Assembly: GCA_035650735.1 (NCBI GenBank)
Contig: DASRGZ010000142.1
Location: 1 to 64,000 of the forward strand
Reading direction: 5' to 3'
DNA: 64,000 nt
DNA from: Chthonomonadaceae bacterium
GTDB taxonomy: Bacteria > Armatimonadota > Chthonomonadetes > Chthonomonadales > Chthonomonadaceae
Part shown: positions 27,197 through 36,027 of the stretch, in pieces
Layout of the letters: each line of letters begins with the position of its first letter
Position numbering within the stretch: the first letter of the stretch is position 1
Notes under the pieces: model-generated
Seen by the model: the letters and a program-made list of their open reading frames with translations, nothing else
What the model was told of the DNA's origin: nothing
The model's database searches: none
Made by a program: the position numbers and the translations under genes

Positions 27197-28762
27197 ATGG
27201 CCACTAACAAGGTTGCGGATTACATAGTCATCACGGACGCACCCAGTCAGATAGGCGGCTTAGGTGGGCAGTGGCGTTTTAAGGTTCCGCTGAACATAGA
27301 CCTGAATTCCTACGCCGTTCTGTACTTTGTCTTGCGTGAAATGGACGCCGATGATGTAACATTGAACGTGAAGATCAACGGGAAGCCAATTAGTACGCCT
27401 CCCTACTTAACATTCAACGGAGATGACCACCCGTTTAGGTCCATGCACGAGGTATTCAAGCTGAAAGATGTTAACATATCACTCGACCAAGACTCGAGCC
27501 CGCCCGCGAACCAGCTCGAGTTTTCAATGAACGCGCAGGATCATGACTACATAACCGTGTCCGACATCGTGCTATGGTTCCAGGTAGATAGCGGCAAGAT
27601 GGATGCCATTCTACTCGATGGCGTCCATGGCGACATAATTGCAGGCGCCCGGAGGGATGATTCCGGTAAGGTGACTTCTGGCGAGGGACAGGACGGGGAT
27701 TTGGTACTGAACGACGGCAAGGGCCATGAGCGTATTCATCTCGACGCCGGCGCGGCCAACCTGTCGATGGGTGGACACGGTGAAGATGGCGATATCTTGC
27801 TGAACTCCTACGAGGGCGAGGGCTATCAGCGTATTCACCTCGACGCCGGCGGGGCCAACATGTGGATCGGAGGAAACGATGCCGATGGCGATATCATGGT
27901 GTTTCCCAACGGGGTCGGGGGGTCAAGTTACCGAAAGGGAGATGACCGAGCGGACCCGGACATGGCTTCCTTCCATCTCGATGGCGACAAAGCCAGATTG
28001 ACGATTGGCGGAGGCATTCACCCGAGTCAGCACCCAATAAAAGAGGCCATCCCGGACCCGGATTCCAAAAGCGGCGAAATCTACCTCCGTGCTGCTATTG
28101 AGGAGCAGGAAAGTGAGGGACATTCGGGATGGTTGTTTAAGTCAGTCAACCGAATCGTAATGCTGGCCGACGATCCCGGGATAGGAATGGGCGGTCTCCC
28201 CTCTGGGGCCCACATACATGTGGGCGGCTTTGGCGCCCCCGGGCGCCTGTACCTGTACCCTTCTTCTGCGCTCAACCATACAACTTCGACGTCCAAAATC
28301 CGTCTTGATGGGGAAACCGGCGAAATAACTGCCGTGTTGTTCACGCCGAACCCCGATTGCGCGGAGGACTTCGAGGTCGAAGAGGCAGAAGCCGTCGAAC
28401 CCGGCACCGTTCTGGTCATTGGCGAGGATGCCAAGCTCCATGTCAGCCACCGGGCTTATGACAAACGCGTCGCTGGCGTGGTCTCCGGAGCCGGAGACTA
28501 CCGTCCGGGCATCATCCTGGGAAGGCGAGCGGGCCAGCAGACCAACCGGCTGCCTGTGGCTCTGGTGGGGCGAGTTTTCTGCAAGGTGGACGCCGACCAG
28601 GGAGCCATTGAGATAGGGGACCTGCTGACAAGCTCATCAGAGCCAGGCTTCGCGATGAAGGCAGCGGACCCAGTGCAAGCGTTCGGTGCGGTGTTGGGGA
28701 AGGCGCTTAGCTCGCTGGGTTCGGGTCGGGGGCTGATCCCTGTGTTGGTGGCCCTGCAATAA
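27197..28762 (+). CDS. Tail-fibre/tailspike-like protein, paralog 2
   Basis: Same N-terminus (TNKVADYIVITDAPSQ) and near-identical C-terminus as paralog 1; extra internal repeat. Confidence 0.65.
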   Translation: MATNKVADYIVITDAPSQIGGLGGQWRFKVPLNIDLNSYAVLYFVLREMDADDVTLNVKINGKPISTPPYLTFNGDDHPFRSMHEVFKLKDVNISLDQDSSPPANQLEFSMNAQDHDYITVSDIVLWFQVDSGKMDAILLDGVHGDIIAGARRDDSGKVTSGEGQDGDLVLNDGKGHERIHLDAGAANLSMGGHGEDGDILLNSYEGEGYQRIHLDAGGANMWIGGNDADGDIMVFPNGVGGSSYRKGDDRADPDMASFHLDGDKARLTIGGGIHPSQHPIKEAIPDPDSKSGEIYLRAAIEEQESEGHSGWLFKSVNRIVMLADDPGIGMGGLPSGAHIHVGGFGAPGRLYLYPSSALNHTTSTSKIRLDGETGEITAVLFTPNPDCAEDFEVEEAEAVEPGTVLVIGEDAKLHVSHRAYDKRVAGVVSGAGDYRPGIILGRRAGQQTNRLPVALVGRVFCKVDADQGAIEIGDLLTSSSEPGFAMKAADPVQAFGAVLGKALSSLGSGRGLIPVLVALQ

Positions 28763-28852
28763 CCACAGATTGCAGCCCTTGGAAGCAGTACCGAGCAGGC
28801 TTCCGAGGGCTATCCCTCAAACCAAAGGCCCCATCTATCGGGAGGCAATCTG

Positions 28853-28900
28853 AAGCGCGCACTTCTCACGCCTGAAGGCCGGGAGAGCGCGCTTTTTTTT
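28853..28900 (+). terminator. Rho-independent terminator
   Basis: AAGCGCGC...GCGCGCTT stem followed by a T run. Confidence 0.65.
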
Positions 28901-29090
28901 GCCTTCTGTTTGTGCTGCTGTCCTATGCGCTCGCCTGGCTGCTGTGGCTGGATGGCATCGCGGCCTGCCCTCACATCACAAAAAGCCCGGAGGGGCCACT
29001 TTTCGTTGCGTTCTGCGTAGAGGGAATGTTATAATGTCCGCAACGGCCCTGAGAGATTTGACGACACGAGCGCAAGGAGGTCACGGTATT

Positions 29091-30572
29091 ATGAGGTCGC
29101 AGCAAGCATCCCGCAAACCCAGGCCCGCTTCCACTTCCCAGCGCAGCAACGTCCTGACGGAATACCTGGACGAGAATCTGGCCAACCGCCTGCTGGCCGA
29201 AGCCCTCTCGCGCGGCGGCGACTTCGCGGAAGTCTATGGCGAGCGCGCCGAAAGCACGCGCATTCCCCTGGAAGAGAATAAAATCAAGAGCGCGGAGGTC
29301 CGGCAATCGCTGGGCGTGGGCGTGCGCGTTATTCATGGCGAGCGGCAGGGCTACGCCTACAGCGATGACCTCTCTCCCGAAAAGCTGCTGGAGGCCGCCC
29401 GCGTCGCCGCCTACATCGCCGAGGGCGGCAAGACCACTGCGCCGGTCCCCGTCTCCCGCCAGCACGGCCCGAACTACTACCCGATCCGGCACGCTCCCTC
29501 CGACGCCGACGTGCGCGAGAAGGTGCAGATCGTCCAGCGCGCCAACGCCGCCGCCTTCGAGTTCGACGGGCGCGTGCGGCAGGTGCAGGTCGGCTTCATT
29601 GATGCCACCAAAGACTTGCTGGTCGCCAACTCCGAGGGGCTTTACATCACCGACCATCAGACGATGCTGCGCCTGTCGGTCATGGTGCTAGCGGTGGAGG
29701 GCGGCGAGGCGCAGATGGCCTTCCATGGCGGCGGCGGGCGCATCGGCATGGAGTATTTCGAAGCCAACACGCCGGAGTGCCTGGCGGTAGAGGCGGCGCG
29801 GCAGGCTATTATCCAGCTTGGGGCGCAGGAGGCCCCGGCGGGCGCCATGCCGGTCGTCATTGATAACGCCTGGGGCGGCGTCTGGCTGCACGAGGCGGTC
29901 GGGCACGGCCTGGAAGCCGACTTCAACCGCAAAAAGACCTCCATCTACTCCGACCGCATCGGCGAGATGGTCGCTAGCGAGCTCTGTACGGTCGTGGACG
30001 ACGCCACGCTTCCCAACCAGCGCGGCTCCATTAATATTGACGACGAGGGAACCATCGGCCAGCGCAAGGTGCTCATCGAGAAGGGCGTCCTCAAGGGCTA
30101 CATGCACGACCGCCTGAACGCCAAGCTCATGCGCGCCGCCAGCACCGGCAGCGGCCGCCGCGAGAACTACCAGTGCATTCCCATGCCCCGCATGACCAAT
30201 ACCTTCCTGGAGCCCGGAGAATATACCCCCGACGAGATCATCCAATCGGTCTCGCGCGGCCTCTATGCCAAGAGCTTCAGCGGCGGCCAGGTGGACATCT
30301 CCAACGGCAACTACGTCTTCAACGTCACCGAGGCCTATCTGATCGAGAACGGCAAGATCGGGCGCCCGGTCAAGAACGCTACCCTCATCGGCAACGGCCC
30401 CAATGACCTGGCCAAAGTGACACGGGTCGGCAACAACTGGTCGCTCGATCCCGGCGTCGGCACCTGCGGCAAGGATGGGCAGAGCGTGCCGGTGGGCGTC
30501 GGTATGCCCATGATCCTGATTAGCGAGATGACCGTCGGCGGCACGGCCCTGCCCGCCCGTCCGATGATCTGA
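29091..30572 (+). CDS. tldD: TldD metalloprotease
   Basis: GVWLHEAVGHGLEAD, PMPRMTNT, GTCGKDGQSVPVGVG.P; AGGAGG RBS; TGTTATAAT at 29027-29035. Confidence 0.95.
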   Translation: MRSQQASRKPRPASTSQRSNVLTEYLDENLANRLLAEALSRGGDFAEVYGERAESTRIPLEENKIKSAEVRQSLGVGVRVIHGERQGYAYSDDLSPEKLLEAARVAAYIAEGGKTTAPVPVSRQHGPNYYPIRHAPSDADVREKVQIVQRANAAAFEFDGRVRQVQVGFIDATKDLLVANSEGLYITDHQTMLRLSVMVLAVEGGEAQMAFHGGGGRIGMEYFEANTPECLAVEAARQAIIQLGAQEAPAGAMPVVIDNAWGGVWLHEAVGHGLEADFNRKKTSIYSDRIGEMVASELCTVVDDATLPNQRGSINIDDEGTIGQRKVLIEKGVLKGYMHDRLNAKLMRAASTGSGRRENYQCIPMPRMTNTFLEPGEYTPDEIIQSVSRGLYAKSFSGGQVDISNGNYVFNVTEAYLIENGKIGRPVKNATLIGNGPNDLAKVTRVGNNWSLDPGVGTCGKDGQSVPVGVGMPMILISEMTVGGTALPARPMI

Positions 30573-30684
30573 TCGCCGCGCGTATCCAGTTCTGGCCCGG
30601 CTGCGCCAATAAAAGAGACAGGGCCGGCGCCGCGCGTAAACGGCATCCCGCAAGGCCGGCAATGTAGGCGCGAGGGGAGGTATC

Positions 30685-31428
30685 ATGGCCGACAACAGGT
30701 ACGTCTTTATTGATTTCGACAACACGTTAAGCGACCAGTTCGAGTTCAACTTGCAATACGTGCGCGAGGTGGGCGCGCTGCTGGCTCCGAAGTATGGCGG
30801 CGACGCGGAAACCTGGGCGCAGGCGGCGACCGAGATGCTGGAGGCGCTGGAGCAGGACTACCTGGCGCGGTTTGCCGGGAATCCGCTCGGCGGCTATTGT
30901 GCCTGGCTGGAAACGGTGCATACGCGCGCGGCAGAGATGTTGTTTGCTCGCATGGGCCTGCCCGTTCCGCCCAACGCCAAAGAGCTGGCCCGCGAGACCC
31001 AGTTCAACGCGCTCATCGGCTGCAATGCCGCCTTTTCCGGCGCGCACGAGGCGTTGATGACCCTGTTTGAGGAGGGCTATCGCACGCAGATGGCCTCCGG
31101 CCAGGAGTCGGAGTGGCTGCTGGCCGCGCTGATGGGCGCGGGCGTCGAGAGCTTCACGGAGAGCAAGTTCGGCCCCGATCTGGTGGACTGCGCTAAGGAA
31201 GGTCCGGAGTTCTATGAGCGCATCTTTGCCGAGGTCGGCGTCCAGCCGGAGGAAACCGTCGTCATAGATGACCACCCGGACGCGCTGCGCTGGGCCATGC
31301 AGACCGGCGCGAAGGCCATTCAGGCCAAGCTCTCTCCGGAGCGCCATGTGGAAGACATTCCCGGCGTCGTCGCCGTAATGACGGATTGGAGCCGGTTGCC
31401 GGGCCTGCTCAAGCAGGCGCTCGGCTAG
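30685..31428 (+). CDS. HAD-superfamily hydrolase
   Basis: Motif I FIDFDNTL; K..P (KEGP); VVIDD. Confidence 0.8.
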   Translation: MADNRYVFIDFDNTLSDQFEFNLQYVREVGALLAPKYGGDAETWAQAATEMLEALEQDYLARFAGNPLGGYCAWLETVHTRAAEMLFARMGLPVPPNAKELARETQFNALIGCNAAFSGAHEALMTLFEEGYRTQMASGQESEWLLAALMGAGVESFTESKFGPDLVDCAKEGPEFYERIFAEVGVQPEETVVIDDHPDALRWAMQTGAKAIQAKLSPERHVEDIPGVVAVMTDWSRLPGLLKQALG

Positions 31429-31449
31429 AATGTACACTATACCTTTTGG

Positions 31450-31642
31450 CAGCCCACCCGTAAACGAGTGGGCTGTGTCGCAAGGCGGAGGGCCGAACCG
31501 TTGTAGGCCCGACCCTTGCAGTCGGCAAGCCCGCTCAAGCGGGCTACGCGAGGTTTGTTAGTCCCTTTCAAGGGCTACCAGAGGGGAGAGTAGCCCCCTT
31601 CAGGGGGCTTGCCGTCCACAGCTCGGTCCTTTAGGGCCGGGC
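31450..31642. repeat. REP-like multi-hairpin cluster, family 2
   Basis: Serial hairpins (GCCCCCTTCAGGGGGC, CGGTCCTTTAGGGCCG). The 3' ~75 bp are the reverse complement of about 37540-37612. Confidence 0.75.
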
Positions 31643-31686
31643 GGAGAAGGGTTTCGTAGACTCTAAGCCGCTTGGAGGTGGATTCG

Positions 31687-33033
31687 ATGGACTACGAGCA
31701 GCTAGCCGCCGATGTGGCGGCGCGGGCGCGCAAGGCCGGCGCCGACGAGGCCGATGTCTACTTGCAGGTTTCCACGGAGTTCAACGTCCAGGTACGTAAA
31801 GGGGAAATCGAGACGCTGACGCAGGCGGGCAGCAAGGGGTTGGGGCTGCGCGTCTTCGTGGACAAGCGGCTGGGTTTTGCCTCCACCTCCGACTTCGATG
31901 AGGCCGCGCTGGACCGGCTCATCGCCACGACCGTCGCGCTGGCCGCCGCCGCCGACCAGCGGCCCGAAAATGGACTGCCGGAAGATGCCGCGCCCGAGGC
32001 CCGCCCGGAGCTCAAACTCTACGACCCAACCATAGAGAGCGTGCCTACCGAAGAGAAGATCGCGCTGGCAAAGCAATGCGAGGCCGCCGCCTTCGCCGCC
32101 GACAGCCGCATCACCAACAGCGAGGGCGCGGGCTTCGGCAGTGGCACCACCTATACGGTGCTGGCGAACTCGCGCGGCATCGTCGCCGCCTATCATAGCT
32201 CTGGCTGCTCGCTCTACTGCCAGCCGCTTGCGGAGGAGCAGGGCAAGAAGCAGGTGGATTACGAGTGGTCGTTCCGCCGCGCCTACGCCGAACTGGAAAA
32301 GGCCGAAGAGATCGGACGCCGGGCGGCCATGCGCGTTGTGCGCAAGCTGGGAGCGCGCAAAGTCCCGACCCAGACGGCCCCGGTCGTCTTTGAGCGGCGC
32401 GTGGCCGCCCAGCTCTGGTACGCGGTCATGGCGGCGGTCAACGGCGACTCGGTCTACAAGGGGATGTCGTTCCTCAAGGACAAATTAGGCGAGAAGATAG
32501 CCGCCGAGGCCGTCACGCTCATTGACGATGGCACGCTGGCCGGCGGAGCGGGATCGGCCCCGTTCGACGGGGAAGGGCTTCCCACGCGCCGCAACGTCCT
32601 GATCGAGAACGGCGTCCTGAAAATGTTCATGTACGACACGGCGACGGCGCGCAAGGTCGGCAACGGTGCCCAATCCACCGCCAACGCGCGCCGCTCCTAC
32701 AGCGGCGTGCCGGGCATCGGGCCGTTCAACCTCTACCTGATGGCGGGCGGCCTGACGCCGGAAGAGATCGTCGCTGCCATTCCCAACGGCTTCTACGTCA
32801 CCGATATGATGGGCAGCGGCGCCAACACCGTCACGGGCGACTTCTCCATCAGCGCCTCCGGCCTCTGGATCCAGGACGGGCAGCTCGCCTTCCCGGTCGA
32901 AGAGGTAACCATCGCCAGCACCATGCCAAACATTCTCCAGGGCATCGAGCGCATCGGCACCGACCTGATCTTTAACTCCTCCATCGTCAGCCCTACCTTC
33001 CAGGTCGCCGAAATGACCATCTCCGGGACCTGA
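31687..33033 (+). CDS. pmbA: PmbA/TldE protein
   Basis: PFDGEG, STANARR, N.VTGDFS, PVEEVTIA; lacks HEXXXH; next to tldD. Confidence 0.9.
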   Translation: MDYEQLAADVAARARKAGADEADVYLQVSTEFNVQVRKGEIETLTQAGSKGLGLRVFVDKRLGFASTSDFDEAALDRLIATTVALAAAADQRPENGLPEDAAPEARPELKLYDPTIESVPTEEKIALAKQCEAAAFAADSRITNSEGAGFGSGTTYTVLANSRGIVAAYHSSGCSLYCQPLAEEQGKKQVDYEWSFRRAYAELEKAEEIGRRAAMRVVRKLGARKVPTQTAPVVFERRVAAQLWYAVMAAVNGDSVYKGMSFLKDKLGEKIAAEAVTLIDDGTLAGGAGSAPFDGEGLPTRRNVLIENGVLKMFMYDTATARKVGNGAQSTANARRSYSGVPGIGPFNLYLMAGGLTPEEIVAAIPNGFYVTDMMGSGANTVTGDFSISASGLWIQDGQLAFPVEEVTIASTMPNILQGIERIGTDLIFNSSIVSPTFQVAEMTISGT

Positions 33034-33166
33034 CGGGACAGAGCGACTTCTTGTGCAGGTGCCTGCCTGAGCCTCTTCTTGTCGGCTGGCCTTTTGCTGT
33101 TAACGCTGAGATTTCTCTTATTCACTTGAACACAGCGAAGGGCCTCAAATCGGAAGGAGCGGGCGC

Positions 33167-34369
33167 ATGAAAGCCTCTGCCGGTCTACTCAAGAGCCGTC
33201 CCTTCTGGATCGTCTGCGCGGCCCTTTTGGCGATGTACTTCAGTCTTGCCTGGAGCAGTTTCCGGCAGGAGCGTCTTAATCACGCGCTCATTCAAGCGAT
33301 TGAGCGCGACGATGCTGTCGCCGTCCGCGCTCTGTTGGCCCAGGGAGCCGATCCCAATGCGGATGCCTCCGGCGAAGTGCCTCTCTGGATACGCCTGGAA
33401 GACCTCTTCCACCACCACAAGGAGAGCCACACTCCCGTTCTGTTTCTGGCGATAAACGTGGGGGGGTTCTCCAAGAAGTTCTCTGCTGGCAGTTCTGACA
33501 GTGCTCAGGAGGACGCGACATCCGTCGCGATTATCCAGGCTCTCCTGGACAAGGGCGCGAGGCCGGACGTGCGCGAGGACGGCAGAACGCCGCTGGATAC
33601 CGCCATTTACCTGGACCTGACGAATGCGGCCCTTGTCCTCGCGCGGCGCGGCGCAAAACCAAGCCGCAAGATTAACGGCCAGCCCGCCCTCATGGTTGCT
33701 GTTTCCAATCTCAACCCCACGCTAGTCAAGCTTGTTCTCGATTCGGGCGGCGTCCCGGATGCACAGACCGGCCAGTGGTCGCTTAAGGACGCTTATAATG
33801 CACTGGATCGTCCGGATAAGCCTCCTGGGACCGGCATGCAGGTGATGCAGGCGCTGCTGGAGGCGGGAGTAAGTCCGGACACCATCTATCCGAACGCTCC
33901 CTTGCTGTATTCCGCCGTGGAGCGGAAAAGATACGAGGTCGTCCGTCTCCTCCTTGAGCACGGCGCAAACCCCAACCCGAAACCTGGCGTCGGCGATCTG
34001 CCCCTGCTCTGGTACGCGCTGGACGCCAAGCCGCAGATGCTTCAGATGCTGCTCGATGCCGGGGCGGACGCCGATGCCGTCAACGCTCAGGACGGCGAGC
34101 CTCTGCTCTGGTATGCCGTCATCCATAAAATCGCGGAACCGCCCGCAGAAAGGGCGCTAAAGGTCAAGCTGCTCCTGGATCACGGCGCTGACCCTCTGCG
34201 CCCAATGCCCGGCGCGGCCTCTCATGCTGCCCTGTGGGACTATGCCGCGCAGCACGCCGCCGACTGGCACATCAGCGGCGACATTCTGGCCCTGTTGCAG
34301 AGTGCGGCTGCGAAGCGCCCGCTGCCTAATCTCCCCGCCCCACGCCGAGGCCGTCCGCAACGCGGTTGA
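33167..34369 (+). CDS. Membrane-anchored ankyrin-repeat protein
   Basis: N-terminal TM segment; repeated LL..GAD/GAN.P and G.TPL motifs. Confidence 0.85.
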   Translation: MKASAGLLKSRPFWIVCAALLAMYFSLAWSSFRQERLNHALIQAIERDDAVAVRALLAQGADPNADASGEVPLWIRLEDLFHHHKESHTPVLFLAINVGGFSKKFSAGSSDSAQEDATSVAIIQALLDKGARPDVREDGRTPLDTAIYLDLTNAALVLARRGAKPSRKINGQPALMVAVSNLNPTLVKLVLDSGGVPDAQTGQWSLKDAYNALDRPDKPPGTGMQVMQALLEAGVSPDTIYPNAPLLYSAVERKRYEVVRLLLEHGANPNPKPGVGDLPLLWYALDAKPQMLQMLLDAGADADAVNAQDGEPLLWYAVIHKIAEPPAERALKVKLLLDHGADPLRPMPGAASHAALWDYAAQHAADWHISGDILALLQSAAAKRPLPNLPAPRRGRPQRG

Positions 34370-34910
34370 TATAGTTGAACCAGGAGGCGATGAGGTTGAT
34401 CTGGAGGATGGCGGTATCGTCAAAGCCGTGCGCCCGCAGGCTCTCCACATCCTCCCGCCGTACCTGCGCAGGCTTCAGGGTTAATTTTGCGACGTAATCG
34501 AGCATGGCGCGCTCGTTGGGCGGAAGGTTGGCGGTGCGGTAGTCGCGGCGGAGGGCCGCCACAAGCGCCTCATCGTTGGTGACCCGACGCAGAAACTCTG
34601 CGTGCGACTCGATTCAATAGAAGCACTCGTTCAAGACAGAGACGAGGGTGGCGATCATCTCGTGCTGGCGGCGCGACAGCGGCAGTTCGGGCGAGAGCAG
34701 CGTGCCGTAGGTTGCAAAGGCATGGTACAGCGTATCGGGCAGTAGGCTGTGCGAATTGACGATGCCTGCCCCATCCTCCTGGTTCTCCACCGCTTGCAGC
34801 GCCGGAACCGGCACGCCGTATTCCGGTGGATAGAGTTTCCGCTGCCCGCGCAGCGCTTCCCGCAGCTTCTCGTCCGCCCCCTTCAGGGGAACCGTCTTAA
34901 TCCAGGTCAT
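34326..34910 (-). CDS. AhpD/carboxymuconolactone decarboxylase-like peroxidase, predicted selenoprotein (CxxU)
   Basis: ORFs 34614-34910 and 34326-34562 are one frame joined across TGA 34614-34616: [24 protein letters not shown]...[13 protein letters not shown] hairpin follows the UGA. Confidence 0.85.
34587..34603 (-). promoter_or_regulatory. Putative bacterial SECIS element
   Basis: ACGCAG-AGUUU-CUGCGU; the stem starts after a 10-nt spacer following the UGA. Confidence 0.6.
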
Positions 34911-35563
34911 CGTGCTTTCTCCTCACGCGCCGCTTCCGGCAGGTAGCCCACCAGGAAGCGATCTAGCTCCTCCGGGTCGAACCCATAGGGGCCTCTGCCG
35001 CCCTGATAGACCACCCTTCCCTCCGCCGACAGCACATACAGTCGCTCCGGCCAGCCGTTGAACGCATTCTCCGCCGCGTCGTCCATGCTGTCAACCAGGA
35101 CGGGTATGGAGAGCTTCAGATCCAGCGCGCACGCGTCGGCGATCTCCTGTCGCTCCGCAAACGTCTGTGGCTGCGCGTACTCGATTCGCTCCTGCCGGTT
35201 GGAATCGAGCGCCCAGCCGTCGGTCGGATGCGCCTCGCGAATGTAGACGACCAAAAACGCGGCGCGGTCTCCGTATTGCTTATACAGCGCTTCCAGGCGA
35301 CCTGCCTGGCGACGGAACGGGGGTCAGGTATAGCTGCCGAAGATGAGCACGCACGGGCGCGCCGCGCCGGGCGCGCCCAGAATAACGGGCCTCCCTCCTC
35401 CAAGCGGAGTCAGCGCCAGCAACGGCGCGCGGTCTCCCACTTGCAGGCAGTCCGGCTCGAAGTAGCCCATCTCCTGCAAGAACGGCACGGCCTGCGGTGG
35501 AATATCCGGCGGCAAGTTGGCCGACACAGGCTCCCGGCTCTCTGGCGGCACAGCGGACATCAA
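34907..35563 (-). CDS. Iodothyronine deiodinase-like protein, predicted selenoprotein
   Basis: ORFs 35324-35563 and 34907-35254 join in frame across TGA 35324-35326: VLIFGSYT-U-PPFRRQ...FLVVYIREAHPTDGW...VDSMDD...WPERLY. GAGGAG RBS; start is TTG 35563 or ATG 35560. Confidence 0.9.
35293..35309 (-). promoter_or_regulatory. Putative bacterial SECIS element
   Basis: CCAGGC-AGGUC-GCCUGG after a 14-nt spacer following the UGA; the loop resembles the E. coli fdhF SECIS (GCAGGUC). Confidence 0.7.
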
Positions 35564-35816
35564 GACTTCTCCTCCTCTAGCGGCATGGCTTCCTGCCAGC
35601 CTACATCATTATAGTTTCGCCAGGGTTAATTTTTGCTTAACACAGGATTAATTCTTGTTTATCTGCCCGCCCTTCCAGCGGCTCTTCTCCTCGCCCGGCG
35701 TCCTTGCCGTGCCCAGCGTGATGTGCTATATTAAAGGGATGGAAAGGGAGGGCGCGGAGAGAGCCTGCGGGAAACCAGCGCCTATCAACGGATTATTATA
35801 TTGGGTAATGAATAGC

Positions 35817-35923
35817 TAACTCAAGTTGCTACCTTGCCTCTTCGAGAAGGCAAACGGTGATGCAAAAGCCGGTTTCCAGAGCGATTCTCTCTCAAACGTG
35901 TTCCTAGGTAGCAACTTGGGTTA
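35817..35923 (+). mobile_element. MITE family B, copy 1 (~107 bp)
   Basis: 17-bp inverted ends TAACTCAAGTTGCTACC / GGTAGCAACTTGGGTTA; identical to 41718-41824. Confidence 0.88.
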
Positions 35924-36005
35924 GGTAATCCCTCCCAACGGTGTGGACGTATCTCCTCAGCAGCAGGCTGCGTGAGATTGATCCACACGGCTGGGAGTGT
36001 CTACC
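35924..36005 (-). mobile_element. MITE family A, copy 3 (inverted)
   Basis: Reverse complement of 20584-20665; TSD AATGAATA at 35807-35814 and 36006-36013. Confidence 0.9.
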
Positions 36006-36027
36006 AATGAATAAGGAAGACCAGAGA

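Noticed and set aside
24600..28900. Prophage or diversity-generating retroelement
   Set aside because: No integrase, capsid, terminase or reverse transcriptase; paralog differences include indels and are not adenine-specific.
34326..35563. Two independent nonsense pseudogenes
   Set aside because: Both stops are TGA at catalytic Cys/Sec positions with 3' hairpins, and there are no other lesions; recoding is more parsimonious, though unproven.
35849..35880. c-di-GMP-I riboswitch suggested by GGCAAAC...GCAAAAGCC
   Set aside because: Lacks the P2 stem with GNRA loop, and lies inside MITE B.
35941..36027. N-terminal extensions in the ORF track (miaB; also 406-465, 11636-12022, 17434-17514, 28899-29090)
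   Set aside because: They run through MITEs, repeats, promoters or upstream genes; better-supported starts lie downstream.
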